The notes below the pieces were generated by a model. It was not told the DNA's origin. It was given only the letters and a program-made list of their open reading frames with translations, and made no database searches. The translations under genes and the position numbers were made by a program. A stretch of DNA of 64,000 nt from a bacterium. GTDB lineage: Bacteria > JAMCPX01. Shown one piece after another: positions 18,676-28,529 of this stretch. Each line of letters opens with the position of its first letter. Within the stretch, counting starts at the first letter, position 1. The DNA lies in assembly GCA_021787665.1 (NCBI GenBank), contig JAJYLN010000006.1, forward strand, positions 7,912-71,911, read 5' to 3'.

Positions 18676-19608
18676 ATGAAGATTGTATTCATGGGTAGTG
18701 CCCGGTTCAGTGTACCGGCGCTTGAGGCCATTCTACGATCGGCCCACCTCCTCACGGGCGTGATAACAAACCCGGAAGAGCCCGCAGGCCGGGGGCTCAA
18801 CGTCAGGCAAACACCCGTTGCGGAGATAGCCAAAACACAGGGAATCGATCTGCTGACGCCTGGTACCCTGAAAAATAACAGGGATGTGATTGATTGGATA
18901 AAGGCGTACAAGCCGGACGCAATTGCGGTTGTCGCCTACGGCAAGTTTATACCCTCCGCTATCCTGAACATACCGGTGCACGGCTGTTTGAACCTGCACC
19001 CTTCTCTGCTGCCAAAATACCGGGGGGCAGCACCCATTCAGAGGGCCATCATGAACAACGAGAAAGAAACAGGCGTAACAGTCATGCGTTTGGACGAAGG
19101 TATGGACAGCGGACCCGTTTTTATCCAGGAAAAGGTTGGAATCGATACGACTGATAATGCGGCGACGCTCGGGGAAAAGCTATCGAAGCTCGGCGCCGAT
19201 TTGCTTATAAGAACGCTCGATCTCATCGAACAAAAACACATCTCGCCCCTCGCCCAAAAGCACGGACTTGCTACCCTTGCTCCCAAAATAAGCAAGGAAG
19301 AGGGCAGACTCGATTTTCTCAAGCCCGCGCTGTTACTCAATAACATCGTCAGGGCACTAATCGAGTGGCCAACAGCGTGGACCACCTGGAAAAACAACCC
19401 TGTTCAGGTGCTGAGCACGGGATACACTGCCGGGGCGAACACCGATCCTCCGGGGACAATCGTTGCGATAGACAGGGTCGGTGTCCACGTCGCGACCGGC
19501 GACGGCACGCTTATTATAACAGCGGTAAGGCCTGCCGGCGGCAGATCTATGGACGCATTGAGCTATGCAAACGGAAGAAGGATCATGATCGGGGATACAC
19601 TTGGATAA
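18676..19608 (+). CDS. fmt: Methionyl-tRNA formyltransferase
   Basis: MKIVFMGS, VVAYG, NLHPSLLPKYRGAAPIQRAI, GVTVMRLDEGMDSG. Confidence 0.96.
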   Translation: MKIVFMGSARFSVPALEAILRSAHLLTGVITNPEEPAGRGLNVRQTPVAEIAKTQGIDLLTPGTLKNNRDVIDWIKAYKPDAIAVVAYGKFIPSAILNIPVHGCLNLHPSLLPKYRGAAPIQRAIMNNEKETGVTVMRLDEGMDSGPVFIQEKVGIDTTDNAATLGEKLSKLGADLLIRTLDLIEQKHISPLAQKHGLATLAPKISKEEGRLDFLKPALLLNNIVRALIEWPTAWTTWKNNPVQVLSTGYTAGANTDPPGTIVAIDRVGVHVATGDGTLIITAVRPAGGRSMDALSYANGRRIMIGDTLG

Positions 19609-19720
19609 ACTACAAACGGAGGGTGCGGTCCGCAGACCGGACGTTCGTCCGCCTGGCCGGACGGACGATTTCTCCCCTCAATAAATCCCGGCCCCCTCGA
19701 TCGACTGGTCATCCAATCAT

Positions 19721-21220
19721 TTATCTCGTCTTCTCGAGCTCTTTGACCTGTGCCGGCGAATATCCCAGTGCCTTAAAGTCCATGACACCCCGTGGTGAAT
19801 GACACTGGTTGCAGGAAAGGCCTATTTTCTTTATGGCGTGGTTTACGGATATATACGATGTACCCGGGATCTGCATGGCCATCCATGCACCGCTCCAGGT
19901 AAAGCCACTGGACTCCAGTGGCCTCATACCAGCATCTATGGCTTCCTGGATATCGCCCGTTTTATTGTAAACCTCCCTGTTCGGAGCGAGCAAGGCCGGG
20001 AAGTTTGCCATGTGAGGGTTATCTTTCAAAAAGCCCATGCCCGGTTCCTGCCACATCTTCAGCTTTTTATCGAACAGTAGTATCTGTGTTAACCCTCTCA
20101 CCGGGTATATCTTTGCCCCCGGCGTTTTGATGCCTGATATCTGGAACGCCATCCAGCTCTGCACGTTCATACGTGTCTTCTTGTTCGCAACCCGCCAGAT
20201 ATAGTCTGGGTGGCCCATCGTTATTTTTACCGTCGGCACATAGAGACCCTTGATAGAAGGGATCTTATCGTATTTTGAGAGCTCGCTGTATCTGCCGTGG
20301 CTATCATCCTTAACAGGCTCCCCCCAGTTTTCATACGAAATGCCGGCTACGACCGGTATATGGCAGGTCTGACAGGCGATCATGGCAATGTGTTTGTTTA
20401 TAACTTTGCCTATGTTCCCCCGGTGGGGCTCATCGCCATGACAATTCGAGCAGGTAACTGTGACGTCCGGCAGATCGTTTGCGGCCATGTCCGATTCGTA
20501 TTGTCCCTTGGGCATCTTATGATGTTCTGTGACATGACAGGTTATGCATTGTATCCCTGCCTGTGCATGGACATCGGTATGCGGCGTATAGGGAGTACCC
20601 CTCTTGTAATCATAGGAAAAAGCATGCTCATGGCACCTCAGGCATGCCTCATTTGTCGGGACCTTCGTTATGCTGAGTGCCGCTTTCAAGGACGTGTCCA
20701 CCCCCCAGTGCATACCGGTAGCATCTATAACGAGGGTTTTCCGGTCATGCATGGCATAATCCTTTGCGTGACATACCAGACAGTCTACAGTATTTGCCTG
20801 TGCTTCCGTAGCCGATGCCCCCGAAGGAAAGGGCGGCCTGGGCAGACTGCCTATGTGACATGCGCCGCACCCTGCCGCCTGGACCGTAGCATGACCGTCT
20901 GTAGAAGCTGTCCAGTTGGAAATAGTCAGGGAACCCGCGAGGGCACATTCCCTGTTGAGCATACCCCACCACGAGCCGTCCGGCAGTCCCTGAACATTCC
21001 TGATAGGGGTGGCCATATACCAATGCACCGTCTGTGTAATTTCCTGGAGTGCATCCGGGTGACACATGGCGCACGTCTGCGCACCCTGGTAGCCATTCTC
21101 CTTGAGGAACTCATAGCCGGGATGAACCCATCCTCTCAGTGCTCCAAAGTCGTCTTTTGCGAAGGCCGTACCAGTCAGGGGAAGCAGGGCAAAAACCGCC
21201 ATAATCACTTTTCTTCTCAT
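19721..21220 (-). CDS. Periplasmic octaheme cytochrome c, octaheme tetrathionate reductase (OTR)-like
   Basis: Sec signal; eight CxxCH motifs (CAMCH, CGACH, CLVCH, CLRCH, CITCH, CSNCH, CQTCH, CNQCH); long gap before heme 8; C-terminal NH...L.C..CH....DF.ALGY. Confidence 0.85.
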   Translation of the reverse strand: MRRKVIMAVFALLPLTGTAFAKDDFGALRGWVHPGYEFLKENGYQGAQTCAMCHPDALQEITQTVHWYMATPIRNVQGLPDGSWWGMLNRECALAGSLTISNWTASTDGHATVQAAGCGACHIGSLPRPPFPSGASATEAQANTVDCLVCHAKDYAMHDRKTLVIDATGMHWGVDTSLKAALSITKVPTNEACLRCHEHAFSYDYKRGTPYTPHTDVHAQAGIQCITCHVTEHHKMPKGQYESDMAANDLPDVTVTCSNCHGDEPHRGNIGKVINKHIAMIACQTCHIPVVAGISYENWGEPVKDDSHGRYSELSKYDKIPSIKGLYVPTVKITMGHPDYIWRVANKKTRMNVQSWMAFQISGIKTPGAKIYPVRGLTQILLFDKKLKMWQEPGMGFLKDNPHMANFPALLAPNREVYNKTGDIQEAIDAGMRPLESSGFTWSGAWMAMQIPGTSYISVNHAIKKIGLSCNQCHSPRGVMDFKALGYSPAQVKELEKTR

Positions 21221-21423
21221 ACTTCCTATCCCCCTATATTTTTAAATATAAGATATATTTTACTTGTTTTAAAATTCTGTCAAGCTAATAGTTTCGTAAT
21301 GTATTTTTAACCAAACCCGCCATCTTTTCTGCTGGATCGCCCCGATGCGCGCCGTTGTGCTTGCATTATTCGTCATGAAGTATTAAGACAGGGATTATGG
21401 TATCTGTAAAAAAGGAGAGCACT

Positions 21424-21627
21424 ATGGAGATAGATAAGGTCAACGAACTGGAAAACAAGATCGGCGCGCTCATAGACAAGTGTGTCTCATTGAAGGAGGA
21501 GAACAACGCCTTGAGAATAAAAGTGGACGAGATGAGGAAAGAAAGAGATGAGCTGGTACAGTTCAAGCAGGAGGCGATTGCGAAGGTAGACAGGCTTATC
21601 AATACGCTTGACGAAGTGAGCCTGTAA
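21424..21627 (+). CDS. zapB: ZapB-like coiled-coil cell division protein
   Basis: ELENKIGALIDKCVSLKEENNALR; SD AAGGAG; directly upstream of zapA. Confidence 0.7.
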   Translation: MEIDKVNELENKIGALIDKCVSLKEENNALRIKVDEMRKERDELVQFKQEAIAKVDRLINTLDEVSL

Positions 21628-21639
21628 AGGCCGGCATTA

Positions 21640-21924
21640 TTGAAGAAGCCTTACTCAATAAACATCCTCGGCATCGAGCTCACCGTGATGAGCGATGACG
21701 AGCAGGAGTATGTAGACAGGGTCGCCTCATTCGTGGAGAACAAACTCAAAGCAACGATGGGGGATGCCCATATCTCAGACACCTCGATACTTTCTATACT
21801 GACATCGATGAATATAGCAGACGAACTCTTCAAGGCTGAAATCAAGTATAAAGAAAGAATACAATATCTCGAGACCAAGATCGAAGAGTTGATCAAGATG
21901 ATTGAAACCAAGGTCTCGTTATGA
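21640..21924 (+). CDS. zapA: Cell division protein ZapA
   Basis: INILGIELTV...EYVDRVASFVENKL...ILTSMNIADELF. Confidence 0.9.
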   Translation: MKKPYSINILGIELTVMSDDEQEYVDRVASFVENKLKATMGDAHISDTSILSILTSMNIADELFKAEIKYKERIQYLETKIEELIKMIETKVSL

Positions 21925-21965
21925 TACGACGTTTATTGTAGGGCGTTTATTTCAATAACGGTACC

Positions 21966-22544
21966 ATGCCAGAGCCGAACAACAAGTCCATCATCAGGAG
22001 CAGCATGCTGGAGTGCAGGAAAACAATGGACGCTGATGATTACAGGAAACTGAGCAAAAGGGTGCAGTCGTTATTCCTCCAGTCTGCTGTTTACAAGGAA
22101 TCGCGAACGATTATGTGTTACCTGCCCGTGAGCAACGAACCTGACACGACTCTGGTGATAGCGGACGCATTCGATAGTGAAAGGACCGTACTGCTTCCGC
22201 ACATGCAAGGGGACCATATCTACCCGGTGCTGTATGCAAAGGGCATGCCTCTGAAACGCGGGAGATACGGCGTACAGGAGCCGTCAGGACCTGAATTCCT
22301 TCCAGACCATCGGATAGATGTCGTGATCGTACCCGGTATCGCATTCGATCTCCACGGGAACAGAATAGGATACGGGAAAGGATACTATGACAGGTTCCTG
22401 TGCACGCTCGACAAAAAAACGGTAAAGGCAGGTTTTTCTTTTAAAAGGTGTATCGTGGATACCATAAATAATAATGATTGGGATATCTCTGTCGATATGA
22501 TCGTTACAGAGACGGATATCCTCACCAAGGAGCAAAGAGTATGA
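21966..22544 (+). CDS. ygfA: 5-formyltetrahydrofolate cyclo-ligase
   Basis: IDVVIVPGIAFDLHGNRIGYGKGYYDRFL, DISVDMIVTE. Confidence 0.93.
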   Translation: MPEPNNKSIIRSSMLECRKTMDADDYRKLSKRVQSLFLQSAVYKESRTIMCYLPVSNEPDTTLVIADAFDSERTVLLPHMQGDHIYPVLYAKGMPLKRGRYGVQEPSGPEFLPDHRIDVVIVPGIAFDLHGNRIGYGKGYYDRFLCTLDKKTVKAGFSFKRCIVDTINNNDWDISVDMIVTETDILTKEQRV

Positions 22545-24103
22545 TAAACATAATGGAAGCCATCGGCATCGGGCTCACCGGCACCGTGACAGGCTATGTT
22601 ATAGCGAAGTATCTTGATCGCGTTATCAGCATATCAAAGATAAAGCAGTCAGAACAGAAGGCCGGGGAGATCCTCGATTCCGCAAATAAACAGGCAGAGT
22701 ACATAAAGAAAGAGGCAGCGCTCCATGCGCGAAACAACCTCCTCGAACTGAAGGCTGAGTTTGAAAAAGAAACCAAAGACAGGAGACAGGCGCTCGTCAT
22801 ACTTGAAAAGAGACTGCTGCAAAAAGAGGAGTACCTTGAGAAGAAGGAAGACATCATAAGCAAAAAAGAGGCCGACCTCCTGAGGAGGGAAAAGAACGCC
22901 AACGCGGCAGAGCACAGCCTCTCCGCAAAAGAAGAAGAATACAAAAAGAAATTCAACGAGATCAATAGCGAGCTCCAGCGTGTATCCGGACTCACGACGG
23001 ATCAGGCAAAGCAGCTCCTCATGGACAGCGTGCGGGACCAGGCGAAACTCGACATAGGAAGGATGCTGAAGCAGATCGAAGAAGAGGCGCAGCAGACCGC
23101 AGAGGCCAAAGCAAAAGATATCATCTCGGTCGCCATTCAAAGATATTCCGGCGAATATGCGCAGGAACATACGGTCACGACCGTCGGTCTTCCGAACGAC
23201 GATCTCAAGGGCAGGATCATCGGCAGGGAAGGCAGGAACATACGGGCGATAGAAGCAGCAACCGGCGTCGATATAATCGTCGACGATACACCGCAGGCGA
23301 TCGTGATCTCCGGGCACGACCCGGTGAAAAGGGAGATAGCGAGACAGTCGATAGAGAAGCTCATCGCAGACGGCAGGATCCATCCCGGCAGGATAGAGGA
23401 CATCGTGAACAAGACGTCCCAGGAAATAGAGAAAAGCATGAAGGAAGCCGGCGAACGTGCGCTGTTCGATCTCGGGCTGCACGGCATACACAACGAGCTC
23501 GTGAAGCTCATCGGGAGATTGAAGTACAGGACGAGCTATGCCCAGAATGTATACCAGCACTCGATGGAGGTCGCATTCATACTCAGCATCATGTCGGCGG
23601 AGCTCGGACTGAACGTCAAGCACGCCAAGAGGGCGGGCATACTGCACGACATCGGTAAGGCCGTGGACCACGAAGTGGAGGGCTCACACGCGGTGATCGG
23701 CGCCAACCTTGCCAAGAAGTACGGCGAGCCCCCCAGGGTCATCGAGGCAATCGAGCAACACCATAACGATACGCCGACGGGCCTCCTCGGTATACTCCTT
23801 CAATCGGCGGACGCCCTGTCCGCGGCGCGGCCCGGGGCACGAAGAGAGATGTACGAGGCCTATGTCAAAAGACTGCAGGACCTTGAGAGGCTATCGACCT
23901 CGTTCGACGGGATTGACAAGGCCTATGCCATCCAGGCGGGCAGGGAGATACGGATCATAGTCGCGCCCGACAAGGTAAGCGACGACGAGATACCACTGCT
24001 GAGCAAACAGATAGCCGACAGGATCGAAAAGGAAATGAGCTATCCGGGCACGATCAAGGTGACCGTCCTACGGGAGACCCGGGCATCCGTATACGCGAAA
24101 TAA
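22541..24103 (+). CDS. rny: Ribonuclease Y
   Basis: N-terminal TM plus coiled coil, KH domain (KGRIIGREGRNIR), HD domain (LHDIGKA), ADALSAARPGARRE. ATG 22541 overlaps the ygfA stop. Confidence 0.97.
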   Translation: MINIMEAIGIGLTGTVTGYVIAKYLDRVISISKIKQSEQKAGEILDSANKQAEYIKKEAALHARNNLLELKAEFEKETKDRRQALVILEKRLLQKEEYLEKKEDIISKKEADLLRREKNANAAEHSLSAKEEEYKKKFNEINSELQRVSGLTTDQAKQLLMDSVRDQAKLDIGRMLKQIEEEAQQTAEAKAKDIISVAIQRYSGEYAQEHTVTTVGLPNDDLKGRIIGREGRNIRAIEAATGVDIIVDDTPQAIVISGHDPVKREIARQSIEKLIADGRIHPGRIEDIVNKTSQEIEKSMKEAGERALFDLGLHGIHNELVKLIGRLKYRTSYAQNVYQHSMEVAFILSIMSAELGLNVKHAKRAGILHDIGKAVDHEVEGSHAVIGANLAKKYGEPPRVIEAIEQHHNDTPTGLLGILLQSADALSAARPGARREMYEAYVKRLQDLERLSTSFDGIDKAYAIQAGREIRIIVAPDKVSDDEIPLLSKQIADRIEKEMSYPGTIKVTVLRETRASVYAK

Positions 24104-24207
24104 GAAGACTTTATGCCGCGCATGGACCAACAGTTTCACCATGGCATCCGGATATGGTTTGATTTTAGAAATGTTGACACCGGGAAGGCGTATGGTAAAG
24201 ACGCACT

Positions 24208-24645
24208 ATGACTGCTTACAGGAACCCTATTCCGACGGTGGACATCATCGTTGAGATCGGCGATACGATCGTCCTCATAGAGAGGAAAAATCCTCCTCAC
24301 GGATGGGCCATACCGGGGGGATTTGTCGACTACGGTGAATCGCTCGAAGACGCCGCTGTCCGTGAGGCACGCGAGGAGACATCGCTCGACGTGGAGCTCT
24401 GCGAGCAGTTGCACACCTACTCGAGACCGCAGCGCGATCCGCGCCACCACACCATAACAACCGTCTATATTGCCCGTATACAGCGAGGCAGGCCGGCAGC
24501 AGGGGATGACGCAAAGTCGCTTGACCTGTTTACGTTCAATTCGTTACCCGATAGAATCGCATTCGATCACAGGGATATCCTGATGGACTATTTCGCCTAC
24601 AGGAAAACGGGCAGGAGACCGCCACCGGTACCATGTCGAAGCTGA
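24208..24645 (+). CDS. NUDIX hydrolase
   Basis: Nudix box [23 protein letters not shown]; RDPRHHT. Confidence 0.93.
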   Translation: MTAYRNPIPTVDIIVEIGDTIVLIERKNPPHGWAIPGGFVDYGESLEDAAVREAREETSLDVELCEQLHTYSRPQRDPRHHTITTVYIARIQRGRPAAGDDAKSLDLFTFNSLPDRIAFDHRDILMDYFAYRKTGRRPPPVPCRS

Positions 24646-25205
24646 GTCTTCAGGAACAAAAAGAGCTCCTGGCCCTTGCACGCACAACGATCGAGTCATA
24701 TCTGAGAGACGGCTCCATGCCTGAATTTAAAACGGAATCTCCCAACCTCCTGAAGAAGTTAGGGGTATTCGTGACCCTGAACAAGCACAACATGCTCCGG
24801 GGCTGCATAGGGAACTTCTCTGCACGGGGGCCGCTGTACCATAATGTCCAGATGATGGCAATCGCCGCGGCCGTCGAGGATCCACGGTTCAGGCAGGTGA
24901 CGCTCGGCGAGCTCAAGGATATAGGAATCGAGATTTCCGTACTGTCGGATCTGGTACCGGTGGATTCCATCGATGGCATATGCGTGGGCGAGCACGGCCT
25001 GTACGTCACGAAAGGCCTCTCCCGGGGCGTCCTTCTGCCCCAGGTCGCCACCGAGTACGGCTGGGACACGGACACCTTTCTGTGCGAGACCTGCGAGAAG
25101 GCCGGCATGGACCCCGACGAGTGGAGGGACGGAAGCGTGAAGATTGAAAAGTTCAGTGCCCAGATCTTCAGCGAGGCAGGGACATTTAAAACGGGTACAC
25201 CGTGA
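24633..25205 (+). CDS. AMMECR1-domain protein (AmmeMemoRadiSam protein A-like)
   Basis: GVFVTL...[39 protein letters not shown]. Confidence 0.92.
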   Translation: MSKLSLQEQKELLALARTTIESYLRDGSMPEFKTESPNLLKKLGVFVTLNKHNMLRGCIGNFSARGPLYHNVQMMAIAAAVEDPRFRQVTLGELKDIGIEISVLSDLVPVDSIDGICVGEHGLYVTKGLSRGVLLPQVATEYGWDTDTFLCETCEKAGMDPDEWRDGSVKIEKFSAQIFSEAGTFKTGTP

Positions 25206-26064
25206 AAGAGATGAGCTGGGTGTTGCCATACGGGCCGTTCCCGCTGCCGCCGATGAAGGCGTACGAGAGCGAAAAGCGCTGCACCTTCCATGCGATGCCT
25301 GCTGAAACGTCATTTATTTTCGTTGCCACATGCCATACATATCCAGCGCGCAGGGCTATCTGGTTGATGATCATAACCTCCCCGCCCAGGTGGTAATCGA
25401 TGTTCTTGTTCGTCGTTATATCGAGGTCCTTAACGGCATCGAAGGCGACGGTAACCGTTCCCTGCAGGAGCAGCGATATGCCCGCATCGATGAGCCTGGG
25501 CGGGAGTTGCCCCCGGTTGCCCTTCACCCTCGTCAGATTGAGGGCCGCCAGCGAGATGTTCAAGAACGGCAGGTCCGGGGAAAATAGGATTCCATAACCG
25601 AGTGTGCCGGAACTCCCTGAGAGGCCCTGCGAAAACTGATCCAGCCTGCCGGTAACGCCGGCACTGAATAAACCTGGCTCCCCCATCGACAGGGCAAGCG
25701 CGTACGTGTCCCTGTGTACCGAGAGAGAGGAGAGATGGTACTTATCCCTGTAATAGCCGAAACCGACCCCCAACGAGGACGTAACGCTGTCGATGACCGA
25801 GAGGTCTATCCTGCTCTCGCTATACGGGTTGTTGAACAGATAAGCGGCACCAGCACCGTACCTTCTCGTTGCGCTCATGCCCGCCGGGTTTAAAAGGATC
25901 GCACCGTTGTCGGCCGCGACCGCCCCATAGGCACCGCCCATGGCGGCCGATGCCGGTGTCGTTGCATCGAGGAGAGAGTCCGCCCGGGAGGGAGACGCTA
26001 CCGCCGTAACTATCGCTATCAGCGTAGCTATGTACAATGACCTTTTACTAACCATGCGCCTCAC
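25186..26064 (-). CDS. Outer-membrane beta-barrel protein (FadL/PorV-like N-terminus)
   Basis: Signal peptide, AMGGAYGAVA.D..AI..NPAGM, amphipathic beta strands, C-terminal Phe. Confidence 0.7.
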   Translation of the reverse strand: MRRMVSKRSLYIATLIAIVTAVASPSRADSLLDATTPASAAMGGAYGAVAADNGAILLNPAGMSATRRYGAGAAYLFNNPYSESRIDLSVIDSVTSSLGVGFGYYRDKYHLSSLSVHRDTYALALSMGEPGLFSAGVTGRLDQFSQGLSGSSGTLGYGILFSPDLPFLNISLAALNLTRVKGNRGQLPPRLIDAGISLLLQGTVTVAFDAVKDLDITTNKNIDYHLGGEVMIINQIALRAGYVWHVATKINDVSAGIAWKVQRFSLSYAFIGGSGNGPYGNTQLISFTVYPF

Positions 26065-26492
26065 GGTCTCTTGCCTACCGTTTTCAGGAGCTTAAAGGTG
26101 TAGGTGATCTCCGCGGACTTGCCGAGCATCGCCGAGGCAGAACAGAATTTGTCCTGAGAAAGCTCTATGGCCCTCTTGACGTCCCCGTCTTCCATGTCTC
26201 CCTCGATCCGGTACTCCAGGCCTATCTTCGTATATACTTTCGGATGCTCAGAAGACCGTTCCGCACGGACGATCAGCTTGAAGGACACGATGTTCTTCCG
26301 CATCTTCCTGAGGATGGACACGACATCCATACCCGTGCATCCGCCGAGGCCTATGAGCAGGAGTTCCATCGGCCGTGCGCCGACATCGTTTCCGTTCTGC
26401 TCCCTCCCCGCGTCCATAACGATCACATGTCCTGAGTCCGGCGTCCCTTCGAAACGCATACCCTCCTTCCATACTATCTCCACCCCGGGCAT
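26061..26492 (-). CDS. OsmC/YhfA family protein
   Basis: GARPMELLLIGLGGCTGMDVVSIL, KFCSAS. Confidence 0.92.
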   Translation of the reverse strand: MPGVEIVWKEGMRFEGTPDSGHVIVMDAGREQNGNDVGARPMELLLIGLGGCTGMDVVSILRKMRKNIVSFKLIVRAERSSEHPKVYTKIGLEYRIEGDMEDGDVKRAIELSQDKFCSASAMLGKSAEITYTFKLLKTVGKRP

Positions 26493-26493
26493 A

Positions 26494-27846
26494 TCAGACC
26501 TTCTTCATCGCATCGTTTGCTGCAACAAGCAACGGGTCCCACACCGGGGCAAAGGACGGTGCATAACTCAGATCGAGCCTGGAGAGATCATCGATCGTCA
26601 TACCCTTATAGAGTCCGGCAACAACGATATCGATTCTTTTGGACACCCCTTCACCTCCGACCATCTGCGCCCCCAGTAATCTCCTGCTCTTCTTCTCGAT
26701 AACGAGTTTCACCGTTATGGGCCGTGATCCAGGATAATAGTGAGCCCTGGTCCTCGAGGTTATGGTGGTCGTCACAGCGTTGAGCTTGCTGTCCCTGACC
26801 TCCCTCTCCGTCAACCCGGTCCTCGCCACCTCAAGATCAAACACCTTTACGACGGCCGTCCCTGCTGCTCCTTTGAACGTCTCACTCGCACCGGCTATAT
26901 TGGCTCCGGCAATCCTGCCTTGCTTGTTTGCAGTCGTGCCCATCGGGACAAAGAGGTCCTTTTTCAACAGGATGTGCCGTGCTGTCGCACAGTCCCCGGC
27001 AGCGTAGACGTGGGGTAGATTTGTCTCCATCTTCTCATTCACGAGTATCGCGTCACGCTCTCCGGTTACGACGCCGGCAGCCTTCGCTAACTCCGAGTTC
27101 GGCCGTACACCGATGCCGAGTATCACCATGTCGACGTCAAAGCTACCCGCCGTCGTCTCGATGCGAATCAGACCGTTGTCCTTCTGGTCAAACGACTTTA
27201 CCTCTGAAGACTTCAGCAGCCTGACACCATTGCTCTCGAGCGTCTTCTCGACAACGGACGTGATCTCGGTGTCCATCCCCCCGAGAATATTCGGTAATTT
27301 CTCGATCACAATGACCTCGAACCCCAGTCCTTTCAGGGCCTCGGCCATCTCCATACCAAGGTACCCTGCCCCGATAATAGCGGTCCTCTTCACATGGCTG
27401 GATTTTATGTATCCTTTGATGGCGAGCCCGTCATCGAGCGTTCTGAGTTGGAATATCGCACGATTATCGATGCCCGGTATGGGCGGCCGTATCGCTGAAG
27501 CACCAGTCGTGATCGCGAGGTAATCGTACGGCAGTACCACGTCCTTCTTCTCGTTCTGGTCTACTGCATGGACCTTCCCCTCTCTCGGATCGATGCCGAC
27601 GACCTCCATCCTCGTCAGGACGTTGATGTCTCTCTCGGACTTGAACCTCTCTTTTGTTATGGCGATGAGGTCCGTATGCTTCTTGACGACGTCCATGATG
27701 TAGTACGGCAGACCGCACGAGCCGTAGGAGACAAACTCGCTCTTCTCGAGCACAGTGACATTGAGCGATGGCCTTCTCCTCTTTGCCTGGCTCGCAGCGC
27801 TCATGCCCGCGGCCACTCCGCCTACAACAACGAGGTTCTCAGCCAT
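26494..27846 (-). CDS. CoA-disulfide reductase / NADH oxidase family flavoprotein
   Basis: GGVAAGMSAA, single-Cys SYGSCGLPYY, IIGAGYLGME, YAAGD, LDLSYAPSF. Confidence 0.9.
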   Translation of the reverse strand: MAENLVVVGGVAAGMSAASQAKRRRPSLNVTVLEKSEFVSYGSCGLPYYIMDVVKKHTDLIAITKERFKSERDINVLTRMEVVGIDPREGKVHAVDQNEKKDVVLPYDYLAITTGASAIRPPIPGIDNRAIFQLRTLDDGLAIKGYIKSSHVKRTAIIGAGYLGMEMAEALKGLGFEVIVIEKLPNILGGMDTEITSVVEKTLESNGVRLLKSSEVKSFDQKDNGLIRIETTAGSFDVDMVILGIGVRPNSELAKAAGVVTGERDAILVNEKMETNLPHVYAAGDCATARHILLKKDLFVPMGTTANKQGRIAGANIAGASETFKGAAGTAVVKVFDLEVARTGLTEREVRDSKLNAVTTTITSRTRAHYYPGSRPITVKLVIEKKSRRLLGAQMVGGEGVSKRIDIVVAGLYKGMTIDDLSRLDLSYAPSFAPVWDPLLVAANDAMKKV

Positions 27847-27869
27847 ATAGCAATGCTCCTCGATCGCGC

Positions 27870-28517
27870 TCAGCGCTGTTCAAGGGCTGAAAGGACACCG
27901 TCGACGAACTGGTCCTCCGGGAGCGCCCCGACGAACTCGACGTTATCGTTTACGACGATCTTCGGGACCGACTGCACGCTGTACTTGTTGCTCACGACCG
28001 GGAACTCCGTTGCCTCCACCATGTCGGCGGTGACAAACTCGTTTTCTATGGCTATCTTGTGAGCCGTCCTGACAGCCTTGGGGCAATACGGGCAACTCGG
28101 CGTCACGAAAACCTGTATCTTCACGGGTCTGTCTATCGTCTTTAGCCGCGTTTTCGAGCTGTCCGACAGGTTCGTGGCACCCTGGGACACGTCCATGATG
28201 TCCTCTATGACCGAGGCAAACTCATAGCCCGCCGGGATGCCGTAATATCTGATGCCGTAGTCCCTGGCTCCTTCGATGATGAGGGCCGGGAACTTGTCTA
28301 TCTTGTATTGTTCCTTCTTGTCGGCCTGTCCCGCATAGTCATAGAACTCCACCTTTATCTTCGGTGAGAGCGAGCCGATCTCGTCCATGAGCATCTTCTC
28401 GTCGTTGCAGTATGTGCACCCCTCTTCCTGCGTGAAGAGGATCAGCTTGACGTCGTTCTTTAATTTCGAGAACTCGTTCTTCAAATACTCTTTATCTTTC
28501 TCCTGCAGTAAACCCAT
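27870..28517 (-). CDS. Protein disulfide oxidoreductase (PDO; two thioredoxin units)
   Basis: CTYC and CPYC, YYGIPAGYEF, MVEATEFP, SVPK. Confidence 0.9.
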   Translation of the reverse strand: MGLLQEKDKEYLKNEFSKLKNDVKLILFTQEEGCTYCNDEKMLMDEIGSLSPKIKVEFYDYAGQADKKEQYKIDKFPALIIEGARDYGIRYYGIPAGYEFASVIEDIMDVSQGATNLSDSSKTRLKTIDRPVKIQVFVTPSCPYCPKAVRTAHKIAIENEFVTADMVEATEFPVVSNKYSVQSVPKIVVNDNVEFVGALPEDQFVDGVLSALEQR

Positions 28518-28529
28518 GGCTTCTCTCCT

